NCBI GenBank assembly: GCA_018969615.1
Contig: JAGWYA010000002.1
Location: forward strand, 3,070 to 67,069
DNA: 64,000 nucleotides
From: Patescibacteria group bacterium
GTDB taxonomy: Bacteria; Patescibacteriota; Minisyncoccia; UBA6257; 02-FULL-45-10c
Direction: 5' to 3'
Positions within the stretch are counted from its first letter, which is position 1. The number at the start of each line of letters is the position of its first letter. Under the pieces are notes generated by a model. The model made no database searches. It saw only the letters and a list, made by a program, of their open reading frames with translations, and had not been told where the DNA came from. A program made the translations under genes and the position numbers. Positions 52,673 through 61,007 of this stretch are shown here, piece after piece.

Positions 52673-52959
52673 GAGATCTCCATTTTAAAAAAACTACCAA
52701 CAGGATAGCTTAATTAGAGATCCTCTTGCAATGAGAATACTTAATTTTGCGGCGATCACCGATAATTAGCCCCACTATAATGTGTCATAGCAGGGTATTC
52801 TTTTTCCTCAAGCGAGGAAGTATTTCTGGTTGTTTTTTCATCGTAAGACCCCGGTGATGAAAAAAATAACCCGAAATGTTCTGAGTGTATTTTTCCTTGA
52901 ATTAGCGAATATATTCAGCTACCCTGAGTGTAGTTTCTTGGTACAAGGAAGAGAGAAAA

Positions 52960-54297
52960 ATGAAGACAGCGCTTCACGTACTGGGATGGGTGGCATTCCT
53001 ATTGGGTGCCGCATTCGTCTATATTCTGACGCGGATCTGGTTCATGTGGTTTCCGGTGATGTATTTCCCGAAGCCGACGGAAATGCATCAGCCGATCCCG
53101 CAGTACTCGCTCCGAACTTTCGGCGTTCCGGTGCGGGCTGGATTCGCGAAACGCGATATCACACCGTCCGGCATTCCGTGGCTCGGCGGCTATATGCCGC
53201 CGCATCCCGCGTTTGCCGTCGATAGTCGTCTGTGGGTGAAGAGCCTTGCGCTCGAAGATGCGCATGGCCATACGCTGGTGCTTGTCTCGTGCGAACTGGT
53301 CGGCATGCTGCCGACCGATGTCGCGAAGATCAAGGCGCGGATCACGGGCGTGCCGCCTGATCATATCCTGATCATGGCGACGCATACCCATTCGGGTCCC
53401 GATACGATCGGGTTCTGGCTGGGACGACGGAAGGCGTACATGGAGTTCCTCCGCTCTCAGGTCGCAGCCGCTATTCAAAGATCGATCAACGGGTTGGGGC
53501 CGGCGGCGATCCGATACGGACGCGGAGCGTCTCCGTACGGAGAAAAGAACGTCAGGAACTGGGCGAACGGGAGCGATGATAATCCCCCCGATCCGCAGAT
53601 CGCGGTGATCCAGGTGTTGATGAAGCATTCTCCGCGGAACCGCTTGGTGACGCTGGTGAACTGGTCGTGCCATCCGGATATCGTCGAAGGATTCGCGGTG
53701 ACGGGAGACTTCCCGCACTTTCTGAGCGAGCGTTTGAAACGCCGCTTGGGAAGCGAAACGATGTATGTCCAGGGCGCGATCGGCGCGGTTCAACCGGAAG
53801 CGGGGAACAACGACGACAAGTCTGCGCAGACCTTCCTGGAGCGGAATCTCGGCGAAAAACTCGGCGACAAGGTGGTCTCGATCATGCGGCATCCATTGCC
53901 GATGAAGGGCGCTGACATTTCGGTCATCGGACAGACGGTCCGGGCGCCGTTTGAGAACACGCAGGACATGGCTTTCGCGCTGCATCATCATATGGTTCCG
54001 GACCTTCTTGACTCGCATGGCGATCTCGTCACGCGGGTGGAGCGGGTGACGCTGGGACCGATGACGATCCTGACGGTGCCGGGCGAACTGTTCCCGGATA
54101 TCTGGTGGTCGGTGAAGCGACTGATGCACGGTCAGACGCATATGGTGTTCGGCCTGTGCAATGCCGAGTTCGGTTACATCCTTCTTCCGAGGGATTTCCG
54201 GAACGGACGGCATCGGTATCACACGAGCGTGTCCATCGGGCCGACGTTCGGCGCGCGGATCTCCGAAGCATTGCATTTTCTCGCTGTGCAAAAATAA
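52960..54297 (+). CDS. Neutral/alkaline ceramidase-like hydrolase, membrane-anchored
   Basis: SD aaggaag; N-terminal TM; AGFAKRDITP, GGYM, LVLVSCELVGM and the hallmark IMATHTHSGPD motif of the neutral ceramidase N-terminal domain. Confidence 0.65.
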   Translation: MKTALHVLGWVAFLLGAAFVYILTRIWFMWFPVMYFPKPTEMHQPIPQYSLRTFGVPVRAGFAKRDITPSGIPWLGGYMPPHPAFAVDSRLWVKSLALEDAHGHTLVLVSCELVGMLPTDVAKIKARITGVPPDHILIMATHTHSGPDTIGFWLGRRKAYMEFLRSQVAAAIQRSINGLGPAAIRYGRGASPYGEKNVRNWANGSDDNPPDPQIAVIQVLMKHSPRNRLVTLVNWSCHPDIVEGFAVTGDFPHFLSERLKRRLGSETMYVQGAIGAVQPEAGNNDDKSAQTFLERNLGEKLGDKVVSIMRHPLPMKGADISVIGQTVRAPFENTQDMAFALHHHMVPDLLDSHGDLVTRVERVTLGPMTILTVPGELFPDIWWSVKRLMHGQTHMVFGLCNAEFGYILLPRDFRNGRHRYHTSVSIGPTFGARISEALHFLAVQK

Positions 54298-54303
54298 TTG
54301 CAT

Positions 54304-54333
54304 CGCCCCGACTTCAGTCGGGGCGCTTTTTTA
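54304..54333. terminator. Terminator hairpin cgccccgacttcagtcggggcg + TTTTTT; near-identical to the hairpin at 57968-57989
   Basis: Perfect stem-loop; 20 of 22 nt identical to caccccgacttcggtcggggtg. Confidence 0.7.
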
Positions 54334-54382
54334 TTTGGGCCGTGAAAACGGTATAATAGAACTAAGAAGGCCTTTGCTCTTT

Positions 54383-54739
54383 ATGCGTTTTTCCGACATC
54401 TCATTCGTCTATCTTTTGAACCGGCTCCTGCAGCGTCTGGTGGATTTTGTCCGCCATTGGTATGTGGACGGTTTTTTCCAGGCCGTTGATTGGATGTTGG
54501 ATATTTTGGAGAAGCTCGACCGCAGTTTTGCGCTCCGGATCACGGTCAAATATTGGCTCCAGCCGCTGTATCAGGATTACACGATGATTGGTTATGTCTG
54601 GGGCTTCATCTTCCGGACGGTCAGGATCCTGATCGCGCTTGTCGTCTATCTGCTTTTGATCGCCTGCGCACTGGCGTTGTTCCTTGCCTGGGCGGCGATC
54701 CCGCTGTGGGTGCTCTATAATATTTTCACGAACCTATGA
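54383..54739 (+). CDS. Small polytopic membrane protein (118 aa)
   Basis: Internal ATG of ORF 54161..54739, downstream of the terminator and promoter; its stop overlaps the start of the Clp-like gene (ATGA). Confidence 0.45.
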   Translation: MRFSDISFVYLLNRLLQRLVDFVRHWYVDGFFQAVDWMLDILEKLDRSFALRITVKYWLQPLYQDYTMIGYVWGFIFRTVRILIALVVYLLLIACALALFLAWAAIPLWVLYNIFTNL

Positions 54740-57273
54740 CGCCCGCCGCACCTCAAGCCGTATTTTCAGAACCGCGTTTCCGGATGACGCACGGCGGCCG
54801 CCTGTTGGTCCGGGTCATTTTCTATATCGGATATGCGCTTACGCTGGTCGCTGCGGCGATCTTCTTGCTCTCCGATGTTAAATGGATCTTTTGGACCGGG
54901 GTCTTGCTCGCGCTTTTTATCATCGACCATATCAAACATTACGGCCAGGCGCGCCGGTCGCTCCGTGAAGCGCCCGGACCGAACGCGAACCTTGCGGATT
55001 ATTTGAATCCCGCGAGTTTCGGCGTACTGGAATATTCGTTCGAGCGGAGCCTGCTCGTCGGCGGGAACTTCTATCTGTTCCTGATGAAGAAACTTTTGGA
55101 GCGGAAGAACATCCGCGCCGGCTTGGTGCGCATGGATATCAACGTGCAGGAGGTCGCCGATAAAGTGGAGGCGCTTTTGAAAGAAAGCCTTGCGGATCCG
55201 AAGTTCCGGACGAACAGCGCCGAGCGCAAGCAGAAGCTCTTGGGGGAGATCGAAAAGATCGTCGCGCTCGCCTCGCAGCAGGCGCTTGCCGCGGATAATC
55301 GCTTCATCGAACCGAAAGACATCTTCGCGGCGCTCAGTTATTGCGACAGTACGGCGGTTTTGCGGGTGTTGCAGCTTTTCGGCGTCGATCCGGGCGATCT
55401 GGAAAAAGCCCTGATCTTCGGCCGGTACCGGAAGTCCGGGCTGTTCCGCCAGCTGCCGGGAACGATCGGAGGCTTTGTTTATAAATCGTACAAGGTGCGC
55501 CACCGCGTGATGAACCGGGCATGGAGCGCGCGGCCGACGCCGCTGCTGGACCAGTACAGCGAGGACCTGACCGATTTTGCGCGGCTGGGAGAGGTCGGCT
55601 TTTTGATCGGCCACCGGGAGGAATATGAGCGGATGGTCGACATCTTGTCGCGTCCGTCCAAGCCGAACGTATTACTGGTCGGCGAGCCGGGTGTCGGAAA
55701 AGAAGCGCTCGTGACCCATTTGGCCTATAAGATCTCCAAGGACGAGGTTCCGGCCGAGCTGTTCGATAAGCGGTTGGTCTTGCTCCGCATCGGGAGCCTG
55801 ATGGCGGGCGCGGGGAACGCCGGCGAGATCCAGGCGCGGGTGACGCGGATCGTGGAGGAGATCGTCCAGGCGGGGAATATCATCCTGTATTTCCCGGATA
55901 TCCATAATCTGTTGAAGACCTCCGATAAGTCGGGCGTGAACGCGGCGGATATCTTTTTGCCGGCGTTCTCATCCAGTGCCTTCTCGCTGATCGGCGCGAC
56001 CTATCCGAAAGAGTACAAGCAGACGCTCGAGCCGCAGGCGGATTTTGTCGAGGTGTTCGAGAACATTCCGGTTGAAGAGATCACGATCGATGAAGCGACG
56101 ACGCTCCTGGTGTACGACAGCATTATTTTGGAGCGGCAGTTCGGCATTACGATCACCTTCGGCGCGGCAAAACAGGCGGTCCAGCTCGCTTCGAAATATT
56201 TCCGCGATAAATTATTGCCGTCCAGCGCCGAGGACCTTTTGAAAGAAGCGCTGTCCGATGCGAAAGGGAAGAATGAGAAGATGCTCGACAGCGATGCGGT
56301 CATCGATGTCGCGCAGCGGCGCGTGACGATCCCGTTGCGCCAGGCGAAAGCGGCGGAAGCGGAGAAGCTTCTGCATATGGAGGACATCATCCATGAACGC
56401 CTCGTGGACCAGGAGGAAGCGGTCAAGGCGGTTTCCGAAGCATTGCGGGAATACCGGAGCGGTCTTTCGCGCAAAGGAGGACCGATCGCGACGTTCCTGT
56501 TCGTCGGGCCGACCGGCGTCGGTAAAACGGAGCTTTCCAAGATCCTGGCGAACATCCAGTTCGGATCGGAGGATGCGATGGTCCGCTTCGACATGTCCGA
56601 ATATCAGGACAAGCAGAGCGTGTTCCGCTTTATCGGGTCTCCGGACGGTGCGGTCAGCGGCGAACTGACCGATGCGATCCTGAAGAAGCCGTACTGCCTC
56701 GTGCTGCTCGATGAGTTTGAAAAAGCGCATCCGGATATCCTGAACCTGTTCCTGCAGGTGTTCGACGACGGACGTCTGACCGACAACATGGGCCGGACGG
56801 CTGATTTCCAGAACACGATCATCATCGCGACCAGCAACGCGAACTCGGACTTTATTAAGTCATCCATCGAAGCGGGGAAGACCATGGCGGACATCAGCGA
56901 CGAAGTGAAGAAAAAACTGACCGAGACGTTCCGTCCCGAGCTGGTGAACCGTTTTTCCGGCATCATCGCGTTCAAGGACCTTTCCAAAGATGATACCTTC
57001 GCGATCGCGAAGATCCTATTGAGCGACCTGGCGAACGATGTGAATGAAAAACAGGGGATCCGGATGCAGTTCTCGGACGATGCGGTGCGGCAGATCGCGA
57101 CATGGGGATATGATCCGGTCTTTGGCGCCCGTCCGTTGCGTGAGGTGATCTCGAACAAGGTCCGGAGCGTGCTTGCGGAAAAGATCCTCCGCGGAGAAGT
57201 ACAAAAAGGCGGGAATCTGGTAATATCTATAGAGGGCGGAGAACTGAAGTTCGACTCCCACGATGATTTTTAA
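54736..57273 (+). CDS. Membrane-anchored Clp/Hsp100-family double AAA+ protein (ClpC/ClpA-like) with a degenerate D1 module
   Basis: 845 aa. Two N-terminal TM helices; Clp_N-like repeats. D1 Walker A is GEPGVGKE (Thr to Glu) and Walker B is ILYFPDIH (Glu to Ile). D2 is intact (GPTGVGKTEL, LVLLDEFEKAH, GARPLRE). Both pore loops lack the canonical aromatic residue (AGNAGE; GSPDGAVSG). Confidence 0.75.
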   Translation: MTPAAPQAVFSEPRFRMTHGGRLLVRVIFYIGYALTLVAAAIFLLSDVKWIFWTGVLLALFIIDHIKHYGQARRSLREAPGPNANLADYLNPASFGVLEYSFERSLLVGGNFYLFLMKKLLERKNIRAGLVRMDINVQEVADKVEALLKESLADPKFRTNSAERKQKLLGEIEKIVALASQQALAADNRFIEPKDIFAALSYCDSTAVLRVLQLFGVDPGDLEKALIFGRYRKSGLFRQLPGTIGGFVYKSYKVRHRVMNRAWSARPTPLLDQYSEDLTDFARLGEVGFLIGHREEYERMVDILSRPSKPNVLLVGEPGVGKEALVTHLAYKISKDEVPAELFDKRLVLLRIGSLMAGAGNAGEIQARVTRIVEEIVQAGNIILYFPDIHNLLKTSDKSGVNAADIFLPAFSSSAFSLIGATYPKEYKQTLEPQADFVEVFENIPVEEITIDEATTLLVYDSIILERQFGITITFGAAKQAVQLASKYFRDKLLPSSAEDLLKEALSDAKGKNEKMLDSDAVIDVAQRRVTIPLRQAKAAEAEKLLHMEDIIHERLVDQEEAVKAVSEALREYRSGLSRKGGPIATFLFVGPTGVGKTELSKILANIQFGSEDAMVRFDMSEYQDKQSVFRFIGSPDGAVSGELTDAILKKPYCLVLLDEFEKAHPDILNLFLQVFDDGRLTDNMGRTADFQNTIIIATSNANSDFIKSSIEAGKTMADISDEVKKKLTETFRPELVNRFSGIIAFKDLSKDDTFAIAKILLSDLANDVNEKQGIRMQFSDDAVRQIATWGYDPVFGARPLREVISNKVRSVLAEKILRGEVQKGGNLVISIEGGELKFDSHDDF

Positions 57274-57285
57274 CGAATACGAACT

Positions 57286-57939
57286 ATGAAGATCAAGATC
57301 GATGTCAGTTTAAATGTAGGCAAAGTGGTCAAGACGCTCGTCCTTTCCGATTTCATACTCATGGCGGGATGGGGATTTATCTCGCCGATGTTTTCGGTGT
57401 TCATTGTGAACAAGATCGCCGGCGCGACCCTGGCGACGGTCGGTATCACGACCGCCTTGTATTGGTTGCTCCGCTCGCTCATCCAGCTTCCGATCGCGAA
57501 TTACCTTGATCGCTCTGAGGCGGAAAAAGATGATTTTTATGCGCTTATTTTTGCATTGATCCTGGCGGGCATCTCCGCGTTCGGCTACACCGTCGTCCGC
57601 ACCGTCCCGCAGCTGTATTTCTTCCAGGTGCTTCAGGCGATCGCGTTCGGGATCTACACGCCGTCTTGGTCAGGGATCTTTTCAAGGCATTTGGACGAGA
57701 AGCGCAGGTCTTTCGATTACTCACTGGATAGCACTGCGATTGGGGTCTCTTCCGGTGTCGCGGGACTTCTTGGCGGCCTTATCAGCCAGCGATTCGGATT
57801 TAATGCGATCTTTGTTCTGGGCGGCACCTTATCGCTGTTCGCGGCGTTTGTGGTGATCACGTTCCCGAAATTGATCATTCCGCCAAAGGTATCGAATGTG
57901 ACCGAAATGCGCGATCATCGCCCGCCGGCGACCGGATAG
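57286..57939 (+). CDS. Six-TM membrane protein, MFS-transporter half-like
   Basis: 217 aa; six hydrophobic helices; no full 12-TM MFS repeat. Weak assignment. Confidence 0.4.
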   Translation: MKIKIDVSLNVGKVVKTLVLSDFILMAGWGFISPMFSVFIVNKIAGATLATVGITTALYWLLRSLIQLPIANYLDRSEAEKDDFYALIFALILAGISAFGYTVVRTVPQLYFFQVLQAIAFGIYTPSWSGIFSRHLDEKRRSFDYSLDSTAIGVSSGVAGLLGGLISQRFGFNAIFVLGGTLSLFAAFVVITFPKLIIPPKVSNVTEMRDHRPPATG

Positions 57940-57961
57940 CGTTCATAGCGTATAAAGAAAT

Positions 57962-57996
57962 AAAAAACACCCCGACTTCGGTCGGGGTGTTGTTTC
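57962..57996. terminator. Bidirectional terminator hairpin AAAAAA caccccgacttcggtcggggtg TTGTTT
   Basis: Perfect stem-loop between convergent genes; homologous to the 54304 hairpin. Confidence 0.65.
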
Positions 57997-57997
57997 G

Positions 57998-58639
57998 TTA
58001 AGGGACTTTGATCAACTGGGAAGGATCGAGCTTCGGCGGGCTGATCATATTGCCGAACACGCGGAGGAACGAGCTCTGCCGGTCCGCGGTCTTGATCGGC
58101 GTCCGGTTCAGATCGATGCCGGCGACCTCATCGATGCCGGTCTTATCGTTCTTCCGGAAGATGATCGTCAGTTGAGTGTCGACGCCTCGGCTGCAGGTAT
58201 CGAAGTTATTGACGTAGGCGAGCTCGCGGTCGGTTCTCAGTTGACGCCAATTCGCATGGCATCGGATCGCCGAGTACTGCCGCTTGCTGTCCATTGCCGT
58301 CTGGATGCTCGACTCGGGGATGATGGAGCTTCCCAGAATGAGCTGGGACGCTTCGATCCAGCCGACCGCATCGCACGGATGCGAGACGGAGGTCTCGGTG
58401 GTGAAACCGAGTCCCATGACCGTTTCTTTGGTCATGCCGTCCTTCAGCTTCAGCGCCGCTTCCCCGAACTCCTTGGGGTCGTTATGGAACGCACCCTGGA
58501 CGTCGATGCTCTTCTGGTCGTTCTTCCAGATGGAACGTTTGTTCCACTGATCGGCGGACGGACACCGCAGCGGCGCGGAAGCGCACGCCGAAGCGCCGAT
58601 AGCGTACAGGACGATCGCGAGAGTCTGTCGTATGGACAT
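57998..58639 (-). CDS. Secreted hypothetical protein, possible lipoprotein (213 aa)
   Basis: ATG (CAT 58637-58639) with SD gaaagaggg; signal peptide MSIRQTLAIVLYAIGASACAS. The ORF track extends to 58831, overlapping the polX start. Confidence 0.5.
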   Translation of the reverse strand: MSIRQTLAIVLYAIGASACASAPLRCPSADQWNKRSIWKNDQKSIDVQGAFHNDPKEFGEAALKLKDGMTKETVMGLGFTTETSVSHPCDAVGWIEASQLILGSSIIPESSIQTAMDSKRQYSAIRCHANWRQLRTDRELAYVNNFDTCSRGVDTQLTIIFRKNDKTGIDEVAGIDLNRTPIKTADRQSSFLRVFGNMISPPKLDPSQLIKVP

Positions 58640-58761
58640 TTTCCCTCTTTCGGTATGTAAGTTACTGCATCCACTATAGGGTTTTTTGAGGGGCGGTGTC
58701 AATGAAAAAAAATATGCGCTCTGCATGCGCCTGAGGGGGTGCGGCGGTATACTAAAAGGGT

Positions 58762-60486
58762 ATGGTGAACGACGAAATTGCCCGCCTTTTGCGGGAGATC
58801 GCGATCTATCTCGAGATGGATGATGTTCCATTCCGGCCGCGCGCTTATGAGAAGGCGAGCGAGGGTGTTTTAGGCTCCGATGAGGACATGAAAGAGGTTT
58901 ATGCCCGGGGCGGGCTCAAAGCGCTGGAACAGGTACCGGCGGTGGGTGTTTCGATCGCGGAAAAGATCGAGGAATTTTTGAAGACGGGAAGGATCGCCTA
59001 TCACGACGAGCTGAAGAAAAAGGTCCCGGTGGAGCTTGGCGAGTTTGCGGGCATCGAAGGGATCGGCCCGAAGACCCTGAAGACGCTCTATCAGAAATTG
59101 AAGGTCAGGAACCTTGCCGATCTTGAGAAGGCGGCGCAGCAGGGGAAGATCAAAAAGCTTCCGGGCTTCGGTCCGAAAAGCGAAGAGAATATTCTGCAGG
59201 GGATCGCGTTCGTCCGCCGTTCGGGCGGCCGTTTCGTGCTCGGCCAGGTGATGCCGGAGATCGAACTGATCCGGGAGCGCCTGGGCGTGCTTGCCGGTGT
59301 GGAAAGCGTGACGGTGGCGGGATCGGTGCGCCGAAGAAAGGATACGGTCGGCGATGCGGACCTGTTAGTCATCGCGAAGAAGCCGAAGCCGGTGATGGAC
59401 TATTTTGTTGCGATGCCCGAGGTGGTCCAGGTCCATGCGCACGGCGAGACGAAATCGTCCGTGAAGCTCAAGAACGGGATGGATGTCGATGTGCGGATCG
59501 TGCCGAAGGAATCCTACGGCGCGGCGCTGAACTATTTTACCGGATCGAAGGACCATAACGTCGCGCTCCGCGAGCTTGCGATCAAAAAGGGATGGAAGCT
59601 GAACGAATACGGCCTGTTCGCGGGAACGAAGCGGATCGCGGGCAAGACCGAGGACGAGGTGTACCGGAAGCTGGGATTGCGCTATATCGAGCCGGAACTG
59701 CGGGAAATGACCGGCGAACTGGAGGCGGCGCGGAAGAACGCGCTTCCGGACCTGATCCCGTACGGATCGCTCCGAGGTGATCTCCAGGTGCAGACGGATT
59801 GGACGGACGGCGACGCTTCGATCGAGGAGATGGCGCAGACTGCGATCAAGGCGGGCTTGGACTATATCGTGATCACCGACCACACGAAGCGCCTGGCGAT
59901 GACGCACGGATTGGATGCCAAGCGGATCAAGCAGCAATGGGCCGAGATCGACCGCGTGAACGCGGCGCTCAAGAAGAAAGGAAAGAAGTTCACGATCTTG
60001 AAAGGGACCGAGTGCGATATTTTGAAGGACGGAACGATGGACCTTCCGGACGAGATCCTCGCGCAATGCGATGTGGTCGGCGGATCGGTGCATTCGCTGT
60101 TCAATCTGCCCGAGAAGGAACAGACCGCCCGGATCATGCGGGCAATGAGCAACCCGCACGTGGATATCATCTTCCATCCGACCGGCCGGGTGCTCAACAA
60201 GCGCGAAGCGTATGCCGTGAACATGCCCGAGCTGATCCGTCATGCGAAAAAGACGGGAACGGTCCTGGAGATCGATGCGTACCCGGATCGCGCGGACCTG
60301 AAAGCGGAGCATATCCGCCTGTGCGTGGAAGCTGGCGTGAAGATGTCCATTGATTCCGATGCGCATGCGCCGGCGCATATCCAGTTCCTCGACTACGGCG
60401 TCGCGCAGGCGCGCCGGGGCTGGGCCGGAAAGAAGGATATCATCAACGCGTGGCCGCTCGAAAAGATGCTGAAAATGTTGAAATAG
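58762..60486 (+). CDS. polX: Family X DNA polymerase with C-terminal PHP phosphoesterase domain
   Basis: 574 aa; HhH motifs (GVGVSIAEKI, GIGPKTLKTL); Pol-beta palm with GSVRRRKDTVGDADLLV; PHP His/Asp motifs (ITDHT, HS, HP). Confidence 0.85.
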   Translation: MVNDEIARLLREIAIYLEMDDVPFRPRAYEKASEGVLGSDEDMKEVYARGGLKALEQVPAVGVSIAEKIEEFLKTGRIAYHDELKKKVPVELGEFAGIEGIGPKTLKTLYQKLKVRNLADLEKAAQQGKIKKLPGFGPKSEENILQGIAFVRRSGGRFVLGQVMPEIELIRERLGVLAGVESVTVAGSVRRRKDTVGDADLLVIAKKPKPVMDYFVAMPEVVQVHAHGETKSSVKLKNGMDVDVRIVPKESYGAALNYFTGSKDHNVALRELAIKKGWKLNEYGLFAGTKRIAGKTEDEVYRKLGLRYIEPELREMTGELEAARKNALPDLIPYGSLRGDLQVQTDWTDGDASIEEMAQTAIKAGLDYIVITDHTKRLAMTHGLDAKRIKQQWAEIDRVNAALKKKGKKFTILKGTECDILKDGTMDLPDEILAQCDVVGGSVHSLFNLPEKEQTARIMRAMSNPHVDIIFHPTGRVLNKREAYAVNMPELIRHAKKTGTVLEIDAYPDRADLKAEHIRLCVEAGVKMSIDSDAHAPAHIQFLDYGVAQARRGWAGKKDIINAWPLEKMLKMLK

Positions 60487-60557
60487 AGATCCTGGACAAG
60501 CTTGTTTTAGTTCTGGTATCGTGGGAACAGTTCATCCTATTGGAATACGAGGGTCTT

Positions 60558-60932
60558 ATGAAGAAACGAAAACGTTTTGAACGCCATTTCGAAGCGTTCA
60601 TGACGCTCGCTGAGCAGTGGAAGCTTTCCGAGAAAGAACGTCGGCAGCTCTTGAACATTAAGTCTGAGAGAACCTTCTTGTCGTTCGCGACCGGAAAGGA
60701 AGCTCCACCGGCCGAGGTTCTGACTCGCATGCATTACTGCATGCAGATCTATCGCGCATTGCATATCCTTCTTCCGTCGTATACTTCGGCGAACGATTGG
60801 ATCCATGCGGCGAACAAAGCCCCGCTCTTCCAAAGGACTGGTTATAAGACCGCGCTTGAAGCGATGCTTTCCGATAATATTCGCGATCTGAAGACCGTCC
60901 ACGACTATCTTCTTGCACAGTTGCATGCATGA
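60558..60932 (+). CDS. Possible Xre/MbcA/ParS-type antitoxin-like protein (DUF2384-like C-terminus), with no partner toxin adjacent
   Basis: 124 aa; internal ATG of ORF 60450..60932; WIHAANKAPLFQRTGYKTALEAMLSDNIRDLKTVHDYL loosely fits the DUF2384 consensus. A strong terminator follows at 60937-60972. Confidence 0.35.
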   Translation: MKKRKRFERHFEAFMTLAEQWKLSEKERRQLLNIKSERTFLSFATGKEAPPAEVLTRMHYCMQIYRALHILLPSYTSANDWIHAANKAPLFQRTGYKTALEAMLSDNIRDLKTVHDYLLAQLHA

Positions 60933-60936
60933 GATC

Positions 60937-60972
60937 AAGCCTCTTCACCGTATGGTGAAGAGGCTTTTTTAT
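60937..60972 (+). terminator. Rho-independent terminator (aagcctcttcacc gtat ggtgaagaggctt + TTTTTT)
   Basis: Perfect 13-bp stem with T-run. Confidence 0.75.
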
Positions 60973-61007
60973 TGTCTTTCGCCCTCCCGCGGGAGTAGAA
61001 TACCAAT

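Noticed and set aside
52999-54303. 434-aa minus-strand ORF covering the ceramidase-like gene
   Set aside because: It is antisense, with an Arg/His-rich low-complexity translation. The plus-strand gene has an SD and family motifs.
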